64,000 nt of DNA from NCBI GenBank assembly GCA_963796275.1, contig CAWCKY010000007.1, positions 96,001-160,000 on the forward strand. The letters are read 5' to 3'. The stretch comes from an uncultured Acidobacteriota bacterium (GTDB lineage Bacteria > Acidobacteriota > Blastocatellia > RBC074). Positions 1 to 9,446 of this stretch are shown here, in pieces (position 1 is the stretch's first letter; each line of letters begins with the position of its first letter). Made by a program: the position numbers and the translations under genes. The notes below the pieces were generated by a model, which was not told the origin of the DNA, searched no databases, and saw nothing but the letters and a program-made list of their open reading frames with translations.

Positions 1-3000
1 TAATAACTCTCAGGAGGGGGAGATCCACTTGACCCACCTCCGCTATTCCAAGCATCGATCTCACCTTGCGAAGCCGCTTTTACTAATCCGCCTAGAGGAT
101 CGACAGAGTAAACATTGTAGCTAGAGGCGTTTCCGCTCTTCGCAATCCAGTTATAAGGGTCACGGTGGCTAAATGTCACTCCAGGAATTGAGAATATCGA
201 TGTTTGGTCATACAATCTGGTTGCGATTAACTCACCGCCCGCATAAACATAGAGCTGTCTATAAGTTGAATATATCAGATGCTGGGTATCAATACAATAA
301 CAACGTGTAATAAGATACTGCCCATTTTCCAAACTCCAAGGGATACTCCCAACAAACAACGCTTCTGAAAGAACCGTTGACCTGACATAGTACGCAGCGT
401 GACCCGTCTGAATGCTACCATCTGGACTCCTATGCCTTGAAGTTTTAGAAACCAGGTTCCCGTCGCCGTCGAACTGATAATCATCTGTGCTAGAGTAGAA
501 CTGACTGTCGTGGGGGAGTTTGGTAATTCTTACCATTCTTCCATCCGCATTCCAATCAAGAGTCTCGTCAAAGAAAATTGGACCACCAGGGGCAGTATAC
601 CTCTTGATATCACCTGCGACATCGTACTGCCAGTTGTGCTTTATATCTTGCACGTTCGTGGCTCGATCATTTATATAGGCAGCAGAAAACGTAGCTTGGT
701 TGATATACCAATATCTTCCCGACCGGCTAGTCAGATGATTGAATGGATCATAAGCATAGTCTTGTATCAACTGTTGAGGCGCGGGACTCCCTAACCCGGC
801 GGCTATGGCTGAACGAGCCTGAGTCACACGCCCGACATGGTCATAACTACGAGACTGGTCCAAAGTACGATTGTAGAGCCCCTGAACAGTTTTGAGCTGC
901 CCGTCGAGGTCGTAACCATAATTTGCGCCAACAACGCTTTGATCGTTTATGCTGGATATCAACATCCGATTGTTATACTGCGAGGTAATAGTGTAGCCAC
1001 CATAACCGTATAAGATTTGTTTTGGTGCTCCCCATGCCCTATACTTGATGTCCGCAATGTAATCGGTAACCCCGTCGCGCGGCGTGCCTGATACTTTGGT
1101 CACCATTCCAGATATATCGTGAGAATAGTCAATCGTATCGCCTGTTGGGGTCAAGATACGTTTCAGCCCTCCTCCGAGGTTGTAGTCGTAACCGACCGAA
1201 TATGTGTTCAGGTATGACTGTCCCGATCCTCCATAGATGTAACGTGAGAGGTCATCAATTACTCGGGTCTCACTTGTCATTCGGCTTAGCGTGTCATAGG
1301 TATATGTCACTATGCCAGGCCCATCATCCATTACAGTGCGATTCCCTGCTTCGTCATATGCAAAGGTGACATTTGGCGTCTGGGCAACACCAGATGGGGC
1401 ACCATAGATAATACTCGTCACCAAGTGACGATTGTTGTAACCGTATGTCGCACTCCCTCCACGCGGATCTGTTGACCTCATTAAAGTATCATTGGGGTAA
1501 TATTCATAGATATCGTATGGAGTCTCGCTCTGCGGATTCCCAACATATTTCGGCAACTGCCGCGTCTTCAGCCTCCCATGCCCGTCATAAACCATCACCG
1601 TATTTTGCGACACTCCTGAAGCATTATCTATCACGTTAATATTGGTAACCTGACTACGTGTATTGTAAGTATACGTCGTCGTCGAGTAAACGTCATTCCC
1701 ATTCGACCCGCCGTAGTGGTAGGTTCGCTCTTTCCGCACCCTCCCCAGAATATCGTATTCCTGCTCCCGCCGTCTCCCCATTTCATCCGTGTAGGTAACC
1801 AACTGACCTCCAGCACATCCGCATCCAGCGTAGCTAATTGATTTGGTGGTTAAGTCCTGGTTCGTCAAGACCGTCGGCCTCCCCTGCCAATCGTAAACCT
1901 GATAAGTCTGCCCCGTTCCCCCCGCATCATCCCCCGCCGCCTGCCAGTCTGCATCTATCTCTGCCCAATTATTCGGCCGCGCCAATCGTCCCATCTCATC
2001 ATAGTGATTTAGTTTCGCCCGATACTGCCCGACGCTTGCCGGATGGTCTGCCAACTCTGCTCGCACACGACCATGACCATCGAAGCGTGTAGCTGAATAG
2101 AACTCTGTCGCCAGATCTTTGATCGTGGTATAGGACTCGACGAACCACTGGTCCGGAGTGTATTCGTAGCGCGTGTAAGCTTCGTTGACCTGATTGGTGA
2201 CTCGCTCAAGACGCCCAATCGCGTCATAGGTTCGCGTTAATACCGCTCCCTTTGGATCCTCCGTCTGTGTAACAGCGCCGAAGTCAAAGTTGTATTTGAC
2301 CGTCGAGAAGAAATTATCTGGATCGGTCACTTTCGTCTGATAGGCAAATGTGTTGTGATTCACTCCATCCGAGAAGGAATCGGTGTAACTGATGCTTGTC
2401 TGATGATTGAGCGGATCGCGGCTGAAGATGACTGAACCTGAGGTGTTATAACCCGTCTTGTATTCCGAGACCTTGGCCCCATTGTTGGGATCGGTTACAT
2501 CCCAGCGGCGCATGCTGTTCAGGTTCCCGCGCCCCTGCACGAATAACGGACCGTAATTGGTCGTATCATGCCTTACTGGCGGGCCTTGATGCTCCTGATA
2601 TGTCCCGCCCAGATCATAGCGATAGTCCACCTTCGAGAAGAGATTGTTATTGCCATCGTAGAGGAACTGCGCGCTGGGCAGGCCGATGATTCGCCGATTG
2701 GTGTAGACTGTGTTCAGGTTGTAATCCCTGTGATTGTGCTGCAGCACCGTTGTCCCGTTGACATCATACTGATAGACATCGATCGGCAAACCGAAGCTGG
2801 TGTAACTGATCGTGCTCCGACTGCGATTGCCTGCATCGTCGTAAACATTGGTCTCAACCACACGCGGATTGAGCTGGTATGAGATTGCAGTGTTATCTTG
2901 CGTCCACTGGAGAGAGGTCCATTTCTTCCTCGCATTGCCTGACCATATCTCGGTTTGTGTCGTCAGTCCTCGTTGCCAACTAGTGGTTGCGAAGAATTCT

Positions 3001-5717
3001 CTTTGGAGCGTCCCATCCGGCGAGGTCACATACCCTTCAGTCCCATTCTGGATGGCAGGACCATAGGTAGTGTCCGTTGCCGACCACGATCCTCCGGCCC
3101 AATGCTCGATCGCCCAATCCGTCCGCATCGTGAAGCGCGGGCAATCAGATTGCGGCGCGCTGCTGTTAGCAGGCAGGTTGTAGATAGTGTATGCCCGCTC
3201 GACGTAGTCTGCGGGGAACGACTGCGGGTTCGAGTCCTCAGGTGCATATTTCCTGATCGCCTTGACCTGGGCATAGGTGTTGTATTCGAACTTGTAGATC
3301 GACCCATCGGCCAATCCGACCTGAGTCAGCACCGAGACACTGGAGCCATTGGCCACTCCCTGCAGACTGAGTCCGGGGAAATTGGTCTGGATCACCTGAG
3401 TGCCGTAGCTGAAGGTTGCCCAGGTGTGCGTCTGCCCGTTCCAGCTCTGGGTGATCGAGTTGAGGTGGAAGAAGGAGTCGTAATTGAAAGTGATCACCCT
3501 GTTCAGAGTATCGACAATCGTGCTGATCTCGGCGCCGCCAGACCCGGCGCCATAGTTGATCGTGATGTAATTGCCGTTGCGATCCTTGATCTGAGTTGGT
3601 TTGTACTCGCCGCCTTTGAATTCGAACCTCAACTGTGTGCCATTGGTCGGACGCAAGTTCATTGAGTTGTCGGCTGGATTGTAGGTCAAGTGCAGATATG
3701 ACGAATCGACCGATTCGAAGACATTCTGACTGACCTCTCGCAATTCCACAGCCTGGCCAGAGGGCATAATCAAAAGGTAAGCATTCTTCCCGGCTTGCGG
3801 GTTGAAGAAGTAGCGCTGAACAATCGGGAAACCCAGCCGGAAGCCAGGAGCCGGATTGCCTGAATCGAGGTCGAAGTGAATGGCGCTCCCAGTATTCAAT
3901 AAAACCTTCGTCTTCCCGGCCTTATCCCAACTGGCGCTCCCTCCATAGAGTGTGAAGGCCATTCCATTGATTGTGCTTCCCTCCAGCCCGACCAGATTCG
4001 CAGGTACTTCCAATCGCACCCACCGTCCCTCCGGAGGCAATGGCCCCATATATCTCAGACTCGCCGTTCCCTCCACTGCCCCAGGAAAATTATTAGCCCC
4101 CCAATAAGCGCGGTGATCCCAGCTACCATCATTCCATTGCAACATGATCGAGCTTGGCTTGTTGATCGGATCAAGATGGACATAAGCATATAGTCTATCA
4201 CCAGCATTGACCTGCAAGGTCTGGGTTGCCCCATAGAAGTAGTGTTGATGGACGCCTGATGCAACAGCGGATTGGTGATAAGCCGTCCCCGAATATGGAC
4301 TTGGGGTAGCGCCGACCCAGGTCCAACTATCTCCTCCAACGGTTGCTCCTGCCGGCAACGAATCATCGAACCACACTATATCTCCAGCATTGGTAGCCTT
4401 GCCTGCCTTATCCCAATGCGCCATCCCACCATCGAGCGTGAAAGCCATCCCATTGATCGTTTTCCCTGCCAACCCCACCTCGCTTGACAGCACTTCCAGC
4501 TTCACCCATCCTTCTGTCGCTGGTAACGGCCCCATATACTTCCGGCTTGCTGTTCCATTTGTTCCAAATACGATGTTGTTGGCTCCCCAATAGGCTCGAT
4601 GCTCCCAACTACCGTTTTCATGCCACTGAAGCATAATCTCATTGGGAAGATTCGCTGGGTCGAGATAGACATAAGTATAAAGTTTCTCCGCCGGAGCAGT
4701 GTTACTAATCTGCAGGGTCCGGGTTGCCTCATAGAAGAAGTATTGATGGAAACCCGCTGCAGCAGCGGATTGATGGTAAGCCGTCCCTGAATACGGACCG
4801 AAGCTAGCGCCAACCCACTTCCAACTGTCTCCTCCGTTGGCCTGTAGAATAGCACCTGCCGGCAGTGAATCATCGAACCAGATGATATCTCCGCTGCTGT
4901 TGGCCTTGCCTGAGTTATCCCAATAGGCTCTGTTGACGCCCGATGCCCAGAGCGTGAAGGCCATCCCACTGACTGTCTTGCCCTCCAATCCAACTTGGCT
5001 TGCAGACACTTCCAAACGCACCCATTGTCCTGCTGCAGGCAATGGCCCCATATTGCGCCGGCTGTTTATCCCATCAGTTCCGAAACTGAGTGCGTTGGTT
5101 CCCCAATAAGCCCGATGCTCCCAGCTTCCGTTCTCAAACCACTGTAGCATGACCTCGCCGGGAGGATTGGCAGGATCGAGATAGACGTAACTATAGAGTT
5201 TATCCCCGGCATTGATCTGCAGGGTCTGGGTGGCTCCATAGAAATTGTGCACATGATAACCTGCTACGAGATTGGATGGATGATAAAACGACCCCGAATA
5301 TGGATTCAGGCCAATAGAAGGACTTATCCACGTCCAACTATCTCCTCCTTCACCCATTGGCACCGCTCCTGCCGGCAATGAATCTTCGACCCACGCCGCA
5401 TCGTCAACGACTACTTCAGGACCTACTCTTGTATAGAGCAGAGAGTTAAGTGAAAGCCCGAGGTTTACATCCAATCCGGCACGTCCGGGAAGATTGAGTA
5501 GAGAAAGCCCCCAGTTGAAATTGCGCGAAAGCAGGTCTTCTCCCGATGCGCCCTTGCGATTTCGAGGATCGAGCTGTGCCATGGCGAGATCGGCTTCCGT
5601 TTGAAACATCAGGCTTGCAGCAGCCTTTGTCGCGCTCGGAGACAACATAACAGGCGAATCAGAGACCGCTCGCTCGGCGCCGTTGATCGAAATATCCAGT
5701 GATGGGTTGTTCAGCAT
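1..5717 (-). CDS. RHS/YD-repeat protein, 3' end outside window (>1,900 aa), with three inserted Trp-rich domains
   Basis: Hand translation of several segments gives AQLDPRNRKGASGEDLLSRNFNW...LPGRAGLDV, IKDRNGNYITINY, TYDAIGRL and YSVDPLGG (DPxG at ~90-101). The segments at 5609 and 101 are in the same frame. The ORF track lists no long fragment here, consistent with one open-ended frame. In-frame stop at 5784-5786; candidate ATGs at 5717, 5648 and 5609. Confidence 0.88.
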   Translation of the reverse strand, partial: MLNNPSLDISINGAERAVSDSPVMLSPSATKAAASLMFQTEADLAMAQLDPRNRKGASGEDLLSRNFNWGLSLLNLPGRAGLDVNLGLSLNSLLYTRVGPEVVVDDAAWVEDSLPAGAVPMGEGGDSWTWISPSIGLNPYSGSFYHPSNLVAGYHVHNFYGATQTLQINAGDKLYSYVYLDPANPPGEVMLQWFENGSWEHRAYWGTNALSFGTDGINSRRNMGPLPAAGQWVRLEVSASQVGLEGKTVSGMAFTLWASGVNRAYWDNSGKANSSGDIIWFDDSLPAGAILQANGGDSWKWVGASFGPYSGTAYHQSAAAAGFHQYFFYEATRTLQISNTAPAEKLYTYVYLDPANLPNEIMLQWHENGSWEHRAYWGANNIVFGTNGTASRKYMGPLPATEGWVKLEVLSSEVGLAGKTINGMAFTLDGGMAHWDKAGKATNAGDIVWFDDSLPAGATVGGDSWTWVGATPSPYSGTAYHQSAVASGVHQHYFYGATQTLQVNAGDRLYAYVHLDPINKPSSIMLQWNDGSWDHRAYWGANNFPGAVEGTASLRYMGPLPPEGRWVRLEVPANLVGLEGSTINGMAFTLYGGSASWDKAGKTKVLLNTGSAIHFDLDSGNPAPGFRLGFPIVQRYFFNPQAGKNAYLLIMPSGQAVELREVSQNVFESVDSSYLHLTYNPADNSMNLRPTNGTQLRFEFKGGEYKPTQIKDRNGNYITINYGAGSGGAEISTIVDTLNRVITFNYDSFFHLNSITQSWNGQTHTWATFSYGTQVIQTNFPGLSLQGVANGSSVSVLTQVGLADGSIYKFEYNTYAQVKAIRKYAPEDSNPQSFPADYVERAYTIYNLPANSSAPQSDCPRFTMRTDWAIEHWAGGSWSATDTTYGPAIQNGTEGYVTSPDGTLQREFFATTSWQRGLTTQTEIWSGNARKKWTSLQWTQDNTAISYQLNPRVVETNVYDDAGNRSRSTISYTSFGLPIDVYQYDVNGTTVLQHNHRDYNLNTVYTNRRIIGLPSAQFLYDGNNNLFSKVDYRYDLGGTYQEHQGPPVRHDTTNYGPLFVQGRGNLNSMRRWDVTDPNNGAKVSEYKTGYNTSGSVIFSRDPLNHQTSISYTDSFSDGVNHNTFAYQTKVTDPDNFFSTVKYNFDFGAVTQTEDPKGAVLTRTYDAIGRLERVTNQVNEAYTRYEYTPDQWFVESYTTIKDLATEFYSATRFDGHGRVRAELADHPASVGQYRAKLNHYDEMGRLARPNNWAEIDADWQAAGDDAGGTGQTYQVYDWQGRPTVLTNQDLTTKSISYAGCGCAGGQLVTYTDEMGRRREQEYDILGRVRKERTYHYGGSNGNDVYSTTTYTYNTRSQVTNINVIDNASGVSQNTVMVYDGHGRLKTRQLPKYVGNPQSETPYDIYEYYPNDTLMRSTDPRGGSATYGYNNRHLVTSIIYGAPSGVAQTPNVTFAYDEAGNRTVMDDGPGIVTYTYDTLSRMTSETRVIDDLSRYIYGGSGQSYLNTYSVGYDYNLGGGLKRILTPTGDTIDYSHDISGMVTKVSGTPRDGVTDYIADIKYRAWGAPKQILYGYGGYTITSQYNNRMLISSINDQSVVGANYGYDLDGQLKTVQGLYNRTLDQSRSYDHVGRVTQARSAIAAGLGSPAPQQLIQDYAYDPFNHLTSRSGRYWYINQATFSAAYINDRATNVQDIKHNWQYDVAGDIKRYTAPGGPIFFDETLDWNADGRMVRITKLPHDSQFYSSTDDYQFDGDGNLVSKTSRHRSPDGSIQTGHAAYYVRSTVLSEALFVGSIPWSLENGQYLITRCYCIDTQHLIYSTYRQLYVYAGGELIATRLYDQTSIFSIPGVTFSHRDPYNWIAKSGNASSYNVYSVDPLGGLVKAASQGEIDAWNSGGGSSGSPPPESY
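3912..5403 (-). repeat. Three tandem ~160-aa coding repeats inside the RHS gene (approx. 4905-5403, 4398-4889, 3912-4382)
   Basis: Each unit reads W(V/F)(E/D)DSLPAGA..GGDSWxW..PYSG..YH.S...G.H...FY.AT.TLQ...YV.LDP.N.P...MLQW..GSW(E/D)HRAYWG.N...MGPLP...WV.LEV....VGL.G....GMAFTL......WD..GK. Confidence 0.93.
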
Positions 5718-6383
5718 CCGCCAGAGATCGCTTCCCGAGCCGTCAATAGGGTATCCGCCGCCTTGACTTGAGAGGATAGCGTGTTAATAAAGTGCTTTGT
5801 TTGCGTCCGATAATGCATCTAATGTAACCGATATATGTATAATAGACAGTTACATGGATGTTGGGTTGCTGCTGACGGCCGTCACTCCAGGATTGCCGCG
5901 GCTGGCCATGCCACAAAGGTCAACCGGAGATCGACGCCGATTGCCACAACGCTAGGTCTTTAAGCTGGGTTCCGTTAGAAACTGATTTTGTTGCAAAAGT
6001 GGCGTCACTCCACGAAAAAATAGAATTAAATTTTGAAAGATTCCCATTAAATCAATCACGCCATTTCCTCGGCTCCCGACACAAACAATCTATCTTATTT
6101 TCGCTGCCTTTTGGTCAAGGCAATGGATCCAACGTTAGCCTAGACTAGAGAGGAGAGAACTATCTATAAACGCCGCGCAATTTTTTTTATGCTTTCACTG
6201 TTCGTCGTTGGAAGTACCGATTCTTCAGGAAAACCAGTACCGAAACACAAGCCGCGACAGACGGTGGTGGCACACTACCGGCTCACCTAAAGGATACCGA
6301 CTTTCGCCGCTCGTCGCGCCGGCAGCGGATCAAATTCTATACAGCAGGAAGTTCTGTATATCCGTGCTTCCGCCGCCAGGTTC

Positions 6384-9119
6384 TCAATGCCACGTGAAGG
6401 GACCGGATATGGTTACTTCAGGACTCGGTGCGGTTCGGTTAGCGCCGTATGCCGGATCCGCCGCAATCGCGGCATCGACGAACCCATAGAAGACTCCACG
6501 AGAGAGCGATGTCCAGAGCTCGATATCGCCGATCAATTGCGCAGTCCCCGAAATATCGTAGGCGCCGATGGCGTTCATAATCGACGCCACTCGGGCTGAT
6601 CCGTGAATCCTCGCCGATGCGTTGTTGACGATCGTCAACGCAGAGACCCGCGCATTCTCATAGACCTGCCCGTTGAGCACCTGCGCGAAGTCCTCGACTA
6701 CAGCTTCGTCGCGCACCTGAGCGTTGCCGCCAACTATCGCCCAGCCTGCGATTCGGGCGTTGCCGCTGACGACAGCGTTCCCCAGAACTTGCGCGCGGGG
6801 ACCTACAAATGCCGTCGGGTCGACTCGCGCAGTGCTCGCCACCCATCCGCCGCCGTTTGGATGTGGCGCTCCTGAACCACCTGGAGTTGCGGCATCGGGG
6901 TAACCTTCAGGCCACGCGCCCTCGAGTTCGACCATCCACGGATAGCGGTAGATCGTGTAGTACATTTGATCCCACAGAATCTTGTGCATCATCGAAGGAG
7001 TCGCGACCACAACCAGCCACAACTCCGTATCCCCGGAGTCGACCTGGAATGAGATTCGTCCATTCGCGCCTCGCTGCATAGGAGAGTATCGCGTCGCACC
7101 CGATGAACTACGCGCAACCAGCCCCCACCTCCAGTCGGAACCTGGTGGCGGTATAGTCGCAGGCTGCCGAGCAAACGTGCCGTACTTGGTCGATGCCGGG
7201 GTAGTCTGTACGACCCCCTTGAATGTCACCGTCACAGTACTGTTCTGCCCCGGTTGCCCCGGTTGCCCCGGTTGTCCCGAGTTATCCGGCACCAGGCGCA
7301 CCAGGTTGTAGCCCCAGCGCTGAGGAGCCCAAAACTCGGGAACGGCGAATCGCCGACGCTCGAGATCGAGGTCCTGCAGTACAGTGACGCGCGTGCGCCG
7401 CATTCCCGCGCGATCCGCATATGAGCCGAACCGCAAGCGATAGACATTACCGTTCGGGTAGTCCCAGGTGGCATTGTGCAGTGCCCAGCTGCCCAACACA
7501 TCGTTGAGCTGATTCTGGGACCAATCCATGTTACGAGCCAGAACCGTGAACGGGTCCTCATCGCGATATCCAGCTTCACCGGGTTCCTTCGAGAGTGCCC
7601 AGATGTCATTCACTGCTCGATAACAATACCTGTCCTTGATGTATTCCCAGAACTGCCAATTGCAGTATCGATTCCTTGTGGAACCGTAGTAGAGATGCGG
7701 ATAGTTGACCAATAACTCAGCGCAATTGACCTGGTCGCGAAAGAACTGATGTCTCATCCATTCCGCGTGGCTTTCCCAGGACCAGCCCGTGTACTCCGAA
7801 TCGCGCATGCCGCGCGTGGCGAACTGAATGGAATGCGTCAGCTCGTGCGCCAGAGCTCCCGGGTCTTGAAACGCGTTATAGTGAAGCCACATCGCGGGAT
7901 GGCGCTGCCCGGTCCCGCCGCCCGATGCCCAACCCTGGTTGCTGACATTGACGTCGACCTTGTATTTGACGGCATCATTAGCATAGGGTTTCGGATAACC
8001 GATTTCAGTAATATACCTGGTCCAAATGTACTCGAGTAATTTGAGGCCGGTTTCGACCTGTGCTTGCGTCAATGGCACGCCGCTCGAATCATTCCATCTG
8101 GCGGCGAAGTGCTCCGAGGTGTAGATGGTGCTCGAGGAACCGGGGTTGAGAACCTGGTATACCCCATTGTCCGCGTCGTTGGCGGGGCCAGGACAGTAGC
8201 CCGGCTGTATTGAAGCCGACGTGATCGTCGTCTCGGACCCGCTGCTTGCCGCCCAGTCACGAAGTGAAGTCCCATAAGCTAGTGCGCGTCTATCTGCGCT
8301 GACGTTACTTGAGATGGGCCAGTACCACCACTCGACGATTTCGAGATTCTGCGACGCAGCAGCAGGCGAAGCGAAGCCCAGCCGAGCGCGCCCATCGTCC
8401 GGATCAAGACTGAGAGCCAGATCGATCCTGGCGTTCAGCAGCGGTTTATTCAAATCGTCGAGATAGATGTTGAGCTGCCCCGGATGCTCCGGTTGCTCCG
8501 TTAAAGTTACATACTCGACCAGTATCAAATGCGTCTGGCCGTCATCCAATGCCGGTATCTCTTCGGGTTCCACTCGTCCCAACAAGAAAGGTGCATTTTG
8601 TAAGGCAGCTATTCCTGTTTGATGATGTTTGAGTTGAATGCCTCTATCTTGTCGGCAGGATGACAGATCGCCGTACAGGTTTAGATCGACTACTATGCTG
8701 TTGGGCAAGACAGCATGACAGTCGCCCTCGGCGGTGGCAGTCTCTCCAGCGTTCTGTATGGCGAAGGCAAGGGCGATAGGATGTTGAAGTGAGGCTCGAA
8801 TAGCATTGCCGTTAATCCGGAAACGGAAGGCGCTTGCGAATCCATTCGTCACGTTGAGCGGCTCACGGTTCCACACGGCGCCCGCGCGCAGTTGCAGTGC
8901 AGGCCGTTCTCCTTGCACCACACCGGCGCTACCGGCAAAGCGCAGATGGTTGATATTTCCAGCAGGGAAGAGAAGTCTCATCCCGGACGAGAGCGCAGGA
9001 TCGGATGCTAATGAACTGTGCTGCCCCAGAGTGAACAGAGGTAAAAGCGTCAGGGCATAAAAGATCAGCAGGACAAATATGGAAAGAACTTTTTTCAAAG
9101 CGGGCACTCCTTTCTTCAA
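6384..9119 (-). CDS. Secreted L-type lectin domain + Svx/AvrXca (DUF6055)-like zinc metallopeptidase + C-terminal left-handed beta-helix
   Basis: Signal peptide; legume-lectin-like GAVWN..LNVTNGFASAFRFRI; HELTH...WESHAE zincin motif; HPNGGGWVASTARVDPTAFVGPRAQVLG hexapeptide repeats; 9-bp repeat encoding GQPGQPGQ at ~7246-7275. Confidence 0.75.
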   Translation of the reverse strand: MKKGVPALKKVLSIFVLLIFYALTLLPLFTLGQHSSLASDPALSSGMRLLFPAGNINHLRFAGSAGVVQGERPALQLRAGAVWNREPLNVTNGFASAFRFRINGNAIRASLQHPIALAFAIQNAGETATAEGDCHAVLPNSIVVDLNLYGDLSSCRQDRGIQLKHHQTGIAALQNAPFLLGRVEPEEIPALDDGQTHLILVEYVTLTEQPEHPGQLNIYLDDLNKPLLNARIDLALSLDPDDGRARLGFASPAAASQNLEIVEWWYWPISSNVSADRRALAYGTSLRDWAASSGSETTITSASIQPGYCPGPANDADNGVYQVLNPGSSSTIYTSEHFAARWNDSSGVPLTQAQVETGLKLLEYIWTRYITEIGYPKPYANDAVKYKVDVNVSNQGWASGGGTGQRHPAMWLHYNAFQDPGALAHELTHSIQFATRGMRDSEYTGWSWESHAEWMRHQFFRDQVNCAELLVNYPHLYYGSTRNRYCNWQFWEYIKDRYCYRAVNDIWALSKEPGEAGYRDEDPFTVLARNMDWSQNQLNDVLGSWALHNATWDYPNGNVYRLRFGSYADRAGMRRTRVTVLQDLDLERRRFAVPEFWAPQRWGYNLVRLVPDNSGQPGQPGQPGQNSTVTVTFKGVVQTTPASTKYGTFARQPATIPPPGSDWRWGLVARSSSGATRYSPMQRGANGRISFQVDSGDTELWLVVVATPSMMHKILWDQMYYTIYRYPWMVELEGAWPEGYPDAATPGGSGAPHPNGGGWVASTARVDPTAFVGPRAQVLGNAVVSGNARIAGWAIVGGNAQVRDEAVVEDFAQVLNGQVYENARVSALTIVNNASARIHGSARVASIMNAIGAYDISGTAQLIGDIELWTSLSRGVFYGFVDAAIAADPAYGANRTAPSPEVTISGPFTWH

Positions 9120-9446
9120 CGAGACTTGAAAAAACTGTGGCCTCGCAATTTGTGTTGTTCTTAGATGTGTTGCAGGTTGCCGGATAAATACTGAGAATCA
9201 ATCATATGTTCCGGCATATGTTCCGGCATTGGCTCAACAATAATTGAGTCGGTGGATGGCCGTCTTGTACAGGATTAGGGTTTCAGGCTATGGAGACGCA
9301 GGTAGATTGGAGGCAGAGTCCCCCTTCGTGGGGGCCCATTTGCCCCCACGTTCTTATGTTTTGTTGGGTGTTATCTGAATGATAAGGAAGATCAGCGCGT
9401 TCCCGCGGCGGATCAAAGCTACGAGCTAAGTTACCACGGGCAGCTA

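Noticed and set aside
275-5254. Many short ORFs on both strands, including 2955-3665 (+)
   Set aside because: Shadows of the single long minus-strand RHS frame.
9203-9229. 12-bp tandem repeat CATATGTTCCGG x2
   Set aside because: Real but isolated, with no supportable function.
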